The notes under the pieces are model-generated. The model saw only the letters and a list, made by a program, of their open reading frames with translations, had not been told where the DNA came from and made no database searches. Below, in pieces: positions 34,882 to 42,786 of a stretch of 64,000 nt of DNA. Made by a program: the position numbers and the translations under genes. Source of the stretch: a virus; the IMG/VR virus record IMGVR_UViG_3300045988_112752, one strand, 5' to 3'. Position 1 is the first letter of the stretch; each line of letters begins with the position of its first letter.

Positions 34882-35056
34882 CCGTTCCGTCCTCGTCCAC
34901 TACCGCACCGAAGAGGCGAAAGTCTACCGCCGCGAGCATGGTGACCGTGGAGGGTGCAAATACCAAGACAAGCTGCATCGTCCCAGTCCGTGGCCGTGGA
35001 GCAATTCGATAACAACAGTAACCAAAGACAACCTCCTATGCGTAACATTTATCTGA
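34874..35056 (+). CDS. C5-MTase TRD-like mini-ORF i (60 aa)
   Basis: ORF track: ...RTEEAKVYRREHGDRGG...SNSITTVTKDNLLCVTFI. It lacks the YE ending; that strand (NIYLIHE) sits in the next frame. Confidence 0.5.
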   Translation: MIDRSVLVHYRTEEAKVYRREHGDRGGCKYQDKLHRPSPWPWSNSITTVTKDNLLCVTFI

Positions 35057-35214
35057 TACACGAAGCTCGAACTGAACACGCAAAGGCTGTGCGTCGCAGA
35101 ACCGGCACTAACGATTTTCGCGATAAGGAATGGCATCTGCGGTCAGGACACATGATGCAATGTATAGGAACGTTTCTCACTACAGACAATCTGATAGCAA
35201 TATGCTACGAATAA
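35038..35214 (+). CDS. C5-MTase TRD-like mini-ORF j (58 aa)
   Basis: In frame with track ORF 34954: MRNIYLIHEARTEHAKAVRRRTGTNDFRDKEWHLRSGHMMQCIGTFLTTDNLIAICYE-stop. Confidence 0.5.
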   Translation: MRNIYLIHEARTEHAKAVRRRTGTNDFRDKEWHLRSGHMMQCIGTFLTTDNLIAICYE

Positions 35215-35354
35215 GAATAGCAGCCTTCCGTGGCCGCCCTTTGAATGGTGACGATTGCCCCAACATTCAGCGCATGGAGATAAACGCGCAGGGTACAACC
35301 AACACGCTTACGTCAGTAGGCAAGGATAATATGGCATATATAGAGTATGAATAA
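35202..35354 (+). CDS. C5-MTase TRD-like mini-ORF k (50 aa)
   Basis: In frame with track ORF 35130: MLRIRIAAFRGRPLNGDDCPNIQRMEINAQGTTNTLTSVGKDNMAYIEYE-stop (RGR...QRxE...TNTLTSVxKDN type). Confidence 0.6.
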   Translation: MLRIRIAAFRGRPLNGDDCPNIQRMEINAQGTTNTLTSVGKDNMAYIEYE

Positions 35355-35498
35355 TCAAATTCCATTCGTGCAACGCCTCTCTCGCCTCTGCCCACGTCGG
35401 GGGGGTACTCCACCGCCCTGTCCGCACGCTACGACGGATGGGCAGGACTCTACGACGAGCACGGACAGCACACCATTGTATTGATAGAATATGACTGA
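35347..35498 (+). pseudogene. C5-MTase TRD-like mini-ORF l, split by a frameshift at a G7 tract
   Basis: Own translation: MNNQIPFVQRLSRLCPRRGG (frame 1) and YSTALSARYDGWAGLYDEHGQHTIVLIEYD-stop (frame 2). One extra G in 35399-35405 joins them. Confidence 0.55.
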
Positions 35499-35670
35499 CA
35501 AGTATTACATTGGCTGGGTACGCAGCGGCAAGGACGGCAAGGGCCTCGTAAAGAGCCGACCGCGCAAGTAGATAGCCAATGCCGTGACAACCTCACCGCC
35601 CGGCAGCTTTGCCGACCCTCGCGACGGACTTGGCAACACCACACCGCATATAGTGTATAAATATGAGTAA
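35491..35670 (+). pseudogene. C5-MTase TRD-like mini-ORF m with an in-frame TAG
   Basis: Own translation: MTDKYYIGWVRSGKDGKGLVKSRPRK-TAG(35569)-IANAVTTSPPGSFADPRDGLGNTTPHIVYKYE-stop. Confidence 0.5.
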
Positions 35671-35702
35671 AAACATAATAAAACCATAAAACAAAAGATA
35701 CA

Positions 35703-36791
35703 ATGAAATCAGAAGAAATCAACATTGCCGACATTCTGCGCAATGAGCCAGCCGGAACAAGGCTGTATTCACCAGTTTGCGGAGCGTTGGAGCTTATAAA
35801 CGTGACAGATGGTGTCATTTGGTGTATGGAGCCTGGTTCGTCTTTGACTCCACATCGGATAAGTTTCACCTCCTATGGTAAACTTATCAATTATGGAGGA
35901 TGGAAGTTTGAAGGAGAGTGCCTGTTGTTCCCCGCAAAGGAACTGTGCGACTGGAACATCTATTGTTGGCGTGAGGGTGACATACTGGTAAGCAATGACG
36001 AGCGCAATGTGGTGGTGTTCGATAAGTTCACCCGGTCCGACAGAAGCCGTTTTGCCGCCCACTTCTGTATTGAGAAAGCGAATACAGAAGACAGAGAGTA
36101 TTACCGCAGAGCGGAGGAAATTCCGACAAGGGATTATTTTAACCGTTATTCTCTTGCGTTGAGAAAGGAAATTTTTGGGCAGATAGAAGAGCGTTTCTGT
36201 GCGCCCATCAACCGCTACACCTATAAGTTGCACCCGAATTTCGATCAAGGCGATTTCGTGGTTATGGAGGTGTCATACACCGACTCGCTTGATGTGCATA
36301 AGTATGTGTGCATATTCGACTGCTACGACTTGCAGCATAACCGTATGCACTGTTTCGCAGATCTTAACACTGGAGAAAGCGACACACCTTGCATAAATCA
36401 GATCCATGATTTGCGCGACAGCAATGATAGCGTGAAGAATATCACCTTGCGTTTCGCCAATGGCGACGAGAAAGCTATGCTTGTGAATGCTTTGTACGAA
36501 GAAGGCAAGCGGTGGGACGGCAAGGCGAAGGCGATTGTTAATGAAAAACGGCAGATAGCAGACAACGAGTATGAAGAGGAATCGCACAAGTTTGAGCCGT
36601 TCGACAAGGTATTGGTAAAAGGACCGAGCGAAAATGACACTTGGTTCCCGGGCTTTTTCTTTCAGGAATACAAAGAGTCAAAGGACTATCGGTATGCCAC
36701 AATTTGTGGGAAGTATTATACTTATTGTATTCCCTACAACGACAAGACCAAGCATCTCGTCGGTACGACACTTCCGTATGACGAAGACTGA
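35703..36791 (+). CDS. Hypothetical protein
   Basis: ORF track 362 aa. Confidence 0.65.
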   Translation: MKSEEINIADILRNEPAGTRLYSPVCGALELINVTDGVIWCMEPGSSLTPHRISFTSYGKLINYGGWKFEGECLLFPAKELCDWNIYCWREGDILVSNDERNVVVFDKFTRSDRSRFAAHFCIEKANTEDREYYRRAEEIPTRDYFNRYSLALRKEIFGQIEERFCAPINRYTYKLHPNFDQGDFVVMEVSYTDSLDVHKYVCIFDCYDLQHNRMHCFADLNTGESDTPCINQIHDLRDSNDSVKNITLRFANGDEKAMLVNALYEEGKRWDGKAKAIVNEKRQIADNEYEEESHKFEPFDKVLVKGPSENDTWFPGFFFQEYKESKDYRYATICGKYYTYCIPYNDKTKHLVGTTLPYDED

Positions 36792-36962
36792 CACCACTCG
36801 CACCCTCGTAGTCGGCATGATGCAGACTACGCCATTCACTCACATGTTTGACGTACTGCGCAGAGTGTATTCTACCCAAGGCTTATGTCCGTCTTTGCTT
36901 GTACCTACGGGTGGTAATCAAGAGATAAAGGTATTGATAGAACTATAAAAAATATAAAGACA

Positions 36963-37511
36963 ATGAAAACAGTAGAAAACAACCGTATGGAGGCATTGAC
37001 CTACATCATCGCCGACCTGAAGGCAGAGAACATGATGATGACAGAGCGTGTGCATCAGCTTATGGACGACTACAACAATGTGGCGCGTCAGTTGCGCGGA
37101 AAAGAGAAACACGAGCCTAATACAGAAGGCTACACTTTTAGTGAACTGACAGAAGCCTTGGAAAAATGCGAGGCATTAGAAAAGGAAAAAAAGGAGCTGA
37201 AGCAGCAATGCGCCCATCTCCAGATGGAGCGCAACGAAGCAAAGAGCCGTGCTGATGACTGCGAGCACCAAAGGAAAGAACTTTTTAAGCAAATAGCACG
37301 TTTTGACAAGTTGGAGTTTAAGGAGATAGGAACATCTTGCACCAGCAAACCTTTTGCGCCGGGAGACAATCCGGTGAAGGTTGGTTCTACTGAATGTTGC
37401 ACCTGCCGACACTTCCTCAAGATGGATAAGTATTTTTGTGTGCTGTGTGCGTGCCACTACGACGGCATGAAAGCCATGGAAGATATAGAACGCAAGAACG
37501 CCGATGATTGA
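36963..37511 (+). CDS. Coiled-coil protein with C-terminal Cys cluster (CCTCRH...CVLCACH)
   Basis: ORF track 182 aa. Confidence 0.6.
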   Translation: MKTVENNRMEALTYIIADLKAENMMMTERVHQLMDDYNNVARQLRGKEKHEPNTEGYTFSELTEALEKCEALEKEKKELKQQCAHLQMERNEAKSRADDCEHQRKELFKQIARFDKLEFKEIGTSCTSKPFAPGDNPVKVGSTECCTCRHFLKMDKYFCVLCACHYDGMKAMEDIERKNADD

Positions 37512-37527
37512 CACCGCACGATGTGAG

Positions 37528-37567
37528 CATGTCCGCACCGCCAAAATATTTCTCCCTACATTTGTAG
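37528..37567 (+). promoter_or_regulatory. Conserved promoter-like element, copy 2
   Basis: CATGTCCGCACCGCCAAAATATTTCTCCCTACATTTGTAG; -7 box TAcaTTTG at 37557-37564. Confidence 0.6.
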
Positions 37568-37579
37568 TCGGAAAAAGCA

Positions 37580-37636
37580 ATGTGTTAGCACATTTAATGA
37601 AAAGTGTTAGCACTTTGGATGAAAAGTGTTAGCACA
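37580..37636 (+). promoter_or_regulatory. Three operator-like sites (A)TGTG-TTAG-CACA(T) with 22-bp spacing
   Basis: ATGTGTTAGCACAT at 37580-37593, GTGTTAGCAC at 37604-37613, GTGTTAGCACA at 37626-37636. Each is a GTG-N4-CAC palindrome just downstream of the -7 box. Confidence 0.6.
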
Positions 37637-37819
37637 TTGCAAAAAGCCTCTTTGTGGAATTGGGTAAAAACATAGAGGATAGTATTGGCGATGATGTTGA
37701 GCCGTAACATCGGCGAGTGTATCGCCATTTCAGTTCTTTCCAGTTTTGCAAGACTTGGAAAGAACTGGAATACCTACTGACAGTCGTCTGACTAAACAAA
37801 ATTGCGTAACATTTCAACT

Positions 37820-38173
37820 ATGATACAACATCAGCATTGGGAAGACTCCACTCGCATACTCATTACCGACGAGCAGCATCATGGCAGCATACAGGCGTTT
37901 ATCCCTCACCGTGCCGAAGACAAACCCTTGGATGGCGAGGCAGACGCTCTTATCTATTCGCTGTGGGTGGGCGAACGGCACCGTGGCTGTGGGGTGGCAA
38001 AACTCCTGATGGAGGCAGCCGAAAGTGAACTGAAGCGTTGCGGCATAGCGACCGTCGCAATATCATGGGACGGACGCGACTCTCCTCAATGGGTGTTACA
38101 ATGGTATGAAAGGCTGGGCTACGAGGGAAAAGCGTTCGATTACCGATGCTGCACGCTTCTCAAACGGCTGTAG
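37820..38173 (+). CDS. GNAT-family N-acetyltransferase (small, 117 aa)
   Basis: Track ORF 37802 (TTG); ATG at 37820. LWVGERHRGCGVAKLLMEAAE (acetyl-CoA motif A-like RxxGxG) and WYERLGYE. Confidence 0.65.
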   Translation: MIQHQHWEDSTRILITDEQHHGSIQAFIPHRAEDKPLDGEADALIYSLWVGERHRGCGVAKLLMEAAESELKRCGIATVAISWDGRDSPQWVLQWYERLGYEGKAFDYRCCTLLKRL

Positions 38174-38333
38174 CCAAACAAAAAAACTCATCCCGAAGTA
38201 CAAGGGACCGTAATCAGTGTGTCGTATGTCGCCACTCCGTCCAACGTAATTAACGGGCTCTGGTGCAGACGAGCGAGGAGAAGGAAAACTCAACCACTGC
38301 ACATTTCTTTTTATTAACGGATTTATAGAAACA

Positions 38334-38972
38334 ATGGAAACAATCTTATTGAGAAATTACAGCATAGCACTTTTCTTCCAGTGCATGATGGGTATGATAG
38401 GAGTAGTAACCCTTACCGCCTGTCTCATTTGGCTGTTGCGCGAGTTCTTTCGTACCTATAGAGAAAAGAAGGCAAAGCAAAAGGATGGATGCCAACAGCA
38501 GGAAAAACGTACATGGCTGTTGGAACCGCCCGTGCTCCTCACTCAGGAAGAGCGTCGCGAATATATGCTCAACCATATCGAGGACGGACGTTTTTATGTT
38601 ATCTCGTCGCCCCGCAACTCTGACATCACCATTGTATGCGCAAAGCGATACGATGCTGAAGGGAAAAAGCTCTATTGTTATGTTTACCTTTGGATAAGCG
38701 GAAATGGCGTTTATAACTTGCATGTCAGCGACCCTCGCGGTATAATCAAATTGCGTGATTTCCTCGGCGACAAGCCCCTACGTATCGACTACGATCTTAC
38801 CCCAGCCCTCGTTGTCTTTGAAGAGGAATATATCTCGCCCTACCTCACGGAGAGAGATTGCAACAACTTCGTGCTCAGTATGCAGAAGGCTGGGGTTGAA
38901 TGTAATATCGAGAAGGGCGAAGATAATGGGCTGGGCTCTTACAAATATCGCTTGAAAGAAATAGAAAAGTGA
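38334..38972 (+). CDS. Membrane-anchored hypothetical protein
   Basis: ORF track 212 aa; N-terminal TM segment. Confidence 0.6.
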   Translation: METILLRNYSIALFFQCMMGMIGVVTLTACLIWLLREFFRTYREKKAKQKDGCQQQEKRTWLLEPPVLLTQEERREYMLNHIEDGRFYVISSPRNSDITIVCAKRYDAEGKKLYCYVYLWISGNGVYNLHVSDPRGIIKLRDFLGDKPLRIDYDLTPALVVFEEEYISPYLTERDCNNFVLSMQKAGVECNIEKGEDNGLGSYKYRLKEIEK

Positions 38973-39015
38973 GAACAAACATTATATTAAACAATTTAAA
39001 AACAAAACAACAATT

Positions 39016-39411
39016 ATGGTATCAATTATTTCAGCATTAATCATCCTCTTGATTATCTTCGTGCTTTCCATCTTTTCCTCTTGGATTGACAAGTTCGGCG
39101 CGAAGCGCAAGGAGGAGTTTATCAACAAGGCTATTGAGAAGGCTATCGACAAGTTTTCGTCAGTTGCTACATCCAAGATAGCTTTGGTGATGGAACAGTA
39201 CAAGACAGGTCCGTGGTATCTTGTGGTCTATACAACGACGCAGGGCCATCCTATCTGGATCTCAAACAACAACATCCGGTCTGTGATTCCTGACCCGAAG
39301 AACAGGCGACTTATCATCAAGTTATTCAACGGCGAGGATATGATTATTGACGACGTGGAGAGCTATGACCTCCAGGCAGCAAACAAGATGGCAGACTTCG
39401 ACTTTATGTAA
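39016..39411 (+). CDS. Small N-terminally anchored membrane protein, paralogue 1
   Basis: ORF track 131 aa. TM segment then ...TGPWYLVVYTT...; shares the GPW(Y/F)LVVY block with the next ORF. Confidence 0.6.
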   Translation: MVSIISALIILLIIFVLSIFSSWIDKFGAKRKEEFINKAIEKAIDKFSSVATSKIALVMEQYKTGPWYLVVYTTTQGHPIWISNNNIRSVIPDPKNRRLIIKLFNGEDMIIDDVESYDLQAANKMADFDFM

Positions 39412-39437
39412 AACGCAAACGCTCTGATTATAGATTT

Positions 39438-39860
39438 ATGGAACATTCAACTATTGGATTAATCGTTTGGATTTTGGCGGTAGCGTTGATGGTGGTCACG
39501 TTTATCTATTGCATGTGCAAAGGTTCCGGTGGCAAGCGGACACCTTTTCATCAGTTGCATTTCACTTCGCCTACACCGCCACCTGCAACTTGGAACACCA
39601 AAACTGAAACTAAGCCCACCGAGAATATCGGTCCGTGGTTTCTTGTGGTCTATGCCGATGTGGACGAAAGAAACTATACTGCCATTGCAGCGGAAGACGT
39701 TCTGGATTTTCAGTTCAGCGACAAAAGAGGTGAAATGAAAATCCACTGCAAGAAACATAACGGTTTTCCCGACAACACTATGCGCTTTGAAAACATACAC
39801 CATTATGAGTTTCAGCAGGCTTCACAGCTTGGAGATTATCGCGATATGGAAGAGGAATGA
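39438..39860 (+). CDS. Small N-terminally anchored membrane protein, paralogue 2
   Basis: ORF track 140 aa. TM segment then ...IGPWFLVVYAD... Confidence 0.6.
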   Translation: MEHSTIGLIVWILAVALMVVTFIYCMCKGSGGKRTPFHQLHFTSPTPPPATWNTKTETKPTENIGPWFLVVYADVDERNYTAIAAEDVLDFQFSDKRGEMKIHCKKHNGFPDNTMRFENIHHYEFQQASQLGDYRDMEEE

Positions 39861-40060
39861 CAGCCCTTCCGTTCGTTAAACGTATGAATATGGCATAAAA
39901 CATAACAACAAAGGACTTTCCGTGAAACATTGTCCCAGACTGCGTGGCTCGCATGGTCTTTCCCGAACAGCCTGACACCCCGAACTTTCCAATCTTTATG
40001 GGTGTGGGCAAAGGGAAGACAGCGAACCCGCAGTCTTTTCGTTTTATCCCTCCTACAGAC

Positions 40061-40100
40061 TATGTCCGCTCCACCAAATCAAAATCCCCTATATTTGCAT
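40061..40100 (+). promoter_or_regulatory. Conserved promoter-like element, copy 3
   Basis: TATGTCCGCTCCACCAAATCAAAATCCCCTATATTTGCAT; -7 box TAtaTTTG. Confidence 0.6.
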
Positions 40101-40181
40101 CGTAATATTTCAGATGAAGCAAGAGGTCCCTCGCGGTATCTCGCAGCCCTCAACCTACACACTAACAAACAAACACTAAGG

Positions 40182-41963
40182 ATGACAACAGTATCTTCTA
40201 TCGACCAGCTCCAACAGCGAAGTGAGGAGCTCAAGGCGCAAGGCTACGAGGCTGTGCGCCCTGCCGCTTTCGTCGGACCCAACTCCGATGGCAGCCGCAC
40301 GTTTTCTTGGGGCGAGTATGCCCACTCCATGCTCACCTCCTCGGCGCAAGGCTCGGCTGGCAGCGCCAATGCCCGACGCGAAATCTCTGCCGTGTTCGGC
40401 TCAAGCGGCGGCGAGAACAAAGCCAAGCCGCAGAACGTCGGCACGCCCGACCTCGGCTTCATGGAGTGGGGCTTGGGCAACCGACTGCCCAACCTCGTGT
40501 ATCTGCTCTCCAAGATGTCACCCTTCACAGCCGCAGGAGTCGATTTCGTGAAGAAGATACTCGTGGGCCGCGGACCATGCGCCAAATACCACTACACACA
40601 GTATGTCGGCGGCAACATCACCGAGAAGTACATCCCCTTTCCGTCTGCCGGCACACTGCTCCGAGGACAGATAGCCGACCTCAAGGCTAAGGAAAAGCAA
40701 ATGTCAGAATCGGAAAACCGAAACTCGTATTCGGAAAATCAATCGTCAGAGTCGAACAACCAATTCTCACAATCGGTAAACCAACTCTCACAATCAGAAA
40801 CCGAAGACACCGACTCAGAGGAAATGAAATCCCTCAAGGACGCTTTGGAAGAATGGAAGCGCACTAACAAGGAGTTGCAGGAGTTCATCGACAACAACGA
40901 CCTCCATCAGACCTACCTCGATATGGCAGGCGATATGTCGCTCATGTCGCAATGCTTCTGCGAGCTGCAACTCAACCAGCGTCAGCTCGACGCGAACGGA
41001 CACCCCGTGCCTACGTCGCAATGGGACCCGAAGGTTATCCGACTGAAGCACCGCAGCGTCTTCACCACCCGACTGGAGCGCATGGACGACCAGTATCGCA
41101 TCAACTATGCCTACACCTCAAACCAGTGGCTCGACTCTACGCAGGTGCAGACCTCGCTCAAGCCGGAAGACATGCGCATAGCCGCCGTGCCATATCTCGC
41201 AGCCGACACAGCCGTGAAGGATCTCGACCGCCGTGTGCGTGAGGCTCGTCAGCAGCGAGTGAGCCGCAAGAACCGACCCACACGCTTCATCATGTCGCCA
41301 CGCGACTTCGGCGGTCCCTACTATGCCGATGCCCTCTGGCACTCTATCTTTGCCGGAAGCATCTTCGAGTATGCCTTCACCATCGTTGACGACCGCCTGA
41401 CTCGCAAGCGCAACAGCAACATCATCGGTCGCGTAATCTACATTCATCAGGAATACCTCAAGCAGCTCTACACCCAGCAGGGCGAGAACAAGAACAAGAC
41501 GATGGCGCAGATACAGCAGGAGGTGTTCAGCGACATCAACACATGGCTGTCTAATCCCGACAACGCAGGTCAGGCACTCATATCTGCCGTGTTCACCGGC
41601 TTGGACGGTAAGGAGCACAAGGCATGGGAGATTGTGGAGATTGAGAGCAAAGCCAACTCACAGGCACAGGCAGAGAAGACCGAGCTTCAGGAAATCTCCT
41701 CCATCATCTTCTTCGCAATGGGTCTCGACTCAAAGCTCATCGGGAACACCCCAGGCGACGCTACATCATCGGGTGGCACCGATCTGCGCGAGCGTTTCTT
41801 GGTCAAGCAGATACAGTTTGCCCCCATGCAGCAGCTCATGCTCAGACCGCTGGAAGTGATAACGAGAGTGAACAAATGGGACTCGCACCTGGTGTGGCAG
41901 ATAGACCGCGAAGTGCTCACTACGCTGGATAACTCGAAGACGGGGGTAGCGAAGCAGGAATAA
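40182..41963 (+). CDS. Portal protein candidate (593 aa) with an acidic Ser/Asn/Gln-rich insertion
   Basis: Track ORF 39930-41963. I prefer the ATG at 40182, downstream of the promoter-like element. EISSIIFFAMGLDSKLIGNTPGDATSSGGTDLRERFLVKQIQFAPMQQLML resembles the conserved portal stem/clip block. Size fits. Confidence 0.55.
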   Translation: MTTVSSIDQLQQRSEELKAQGYEAVRPAAFVGPNSDGSRTFSWGEYAHSMLTSSAQGSAGSANARREISAVFGSSGGENKAKPQNVGTPDLGFMEWGLGNRLPNLVYLLSKMSPFTAAGVDFVKKILVGRGPCAKYHYTQYVGGNITEKYIPFPSAGTLLRGQIADLKAKEKQMSESENRNSYSENQSSESNNQFSQSVNQLSQSETEDTDSEEMKSLKDALEEWKRTNKELQEFIDNNDLHQTYLDMAGDMSLMSQCFCELQLNQRQLDANGHPVPTSQWDPKVIRLKHRSVFTTRLERMDDQYRINYAYTSNQWLDSTQVQTSLKPEDMRIAAVPYLAADTAVKDLDRRVREARQQRVSRKNRPTRFIMSPRDFGGPYYADALWHSIFAGSIFEYAFTIVDDRLTRKRNSNIIGRVIYIHQEYLKQLYTQQGENKNKTMAQIQQEVFSDINTWLSNPDNAGQALISAVFTGLDGKEHKAWEIVEIESKANSQAQAEKTELQEISSIIFFAMGLDSKLIGNTPGDATSSGGTDLRERFLVKQIQFAPMQQLMLRPLEVITRVNKWDSHLVWQIDREVLTTLDNSKTGVAKQE

Positions 41964-41987
41964 CCATAACAAAAGGATTTATAGACT

Positions 41988-42758
41988 ATGATAGAACTGA
42001 ATAAGATATATAATGAAGATTGTCTCGAAGGAATGAAGAGGATTCCCGACGGAAGCGTGGATTGCATTGTGTGCGATTTGCCGTATGGTGTCCTCAACAA
42101 GCAGAGCGAGGGAGGAGGATGGGATAGTATTATTTCACTTAATTCCTTATGGGAACAATATCAGCGCATTACAAAACCCAATGCAGCTATAATCCTATTC
42201 GGACAGGGTATGTTCACGGCAAAGCTGATGATGAGCAACGAGAAGATGTGGCGCTATAATATCACTTGGGATAAATGCCGTACAACTGGCTTCTTGAACG
42301 CAAAGAAGATGCCATTAAAGCAAACGGAGATTATTTCCGTTTTCTACAACGGACAGCCAACCTATCATCCACAAATGCGCAAATGTCTTCCACATGAACG
42401 TAATCACAGCAGAGGAAAGCAAGAGAAAGAGCAAACCAACAGATGCTACGGAAACTTTGGTAAGGCAGATGATGTTATAACTGACGAAAAATACCCAACT
42501 GATATTGTCGTATTTCAGAGGGATATTCACAATAGTTTCCATCCCACCCAGAAGCCTGTCGCTCTCATTCAGTATCTCATCCGCACCTACTCCAACGAGG
42601 GCGACACCATATTAGACAACTGCATGGGTAGTGGCACCACCGCCATTGCAGCCATCCGCGAGAAACGCAACTTCATCGGCTTTGAGCTTAACAAGGAGTA
42701 TTACGACAAGGCTTGCAAGCGCATCAAGTTGGAGCAAACACAGCTCACGCTGTTCTGA
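41988..42758 (+). CDS. N6/N4 (beta-class) DNA methyltransferase, tandem copy 1
   Basis: ORF track 256 aa. CIVCDLPYG (motif IV variant) near the N-terminus; HPTQKP and DNCMGSGTTAIAA (motif I) near the C-terminus. Confidence 0.85.
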   Translation: MIELNKIYNEDCLEGMKRIPDGSVDCIVCDLPYGVLNKQSEGGGWDSIISLNSLWEQYQRITKPNAAIILFGQGMFTAKLMMSNEKMWRYNITWDKCRTTGFLNAKKMPLKQTEIISVFYNGQPTYHPQMRKCLPHERNHSRGKQEKEQTNRCYGNFGKADDVITDEKYPTDIVVFQRDIHNSFHPTQKPVALIQYLIRTYSNEGDTILDNCMGSGTTAIAAIREKRNFIGFELNKEYYDKACKRIKLEQTQLTLF

Positions 42759-42786
42759 CAATAAACAATAAAAGGATTTATAGACT

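Noticed and set aside
2266-35571. Stop-codon reassignment as the explanation for in-frame TGA (2266-2268), TAA (33274-33276) and TAG (35569-35571)
   Set aside because: The three cases use three different stop codons. All long ORFs in the window (2369, 1219 and 945 aa, and others) are uninterrupted and terminate normally with TAA, TAG or TGA. The only tRNA has anticodon CAT, so it is not a suppressor.
39930-40181. Upstream 84 codons of the track ORF 39930-41963 as part of the portal gene
   Set aside because: That stretch contains promoter-like element copy 3 and a CA-rich leader, and its translation (..SLLQTMSAPPNQNPLYLHRNISD..) simply reads through those conserved non-coding motifs. The ATG at 40182 is preferred.
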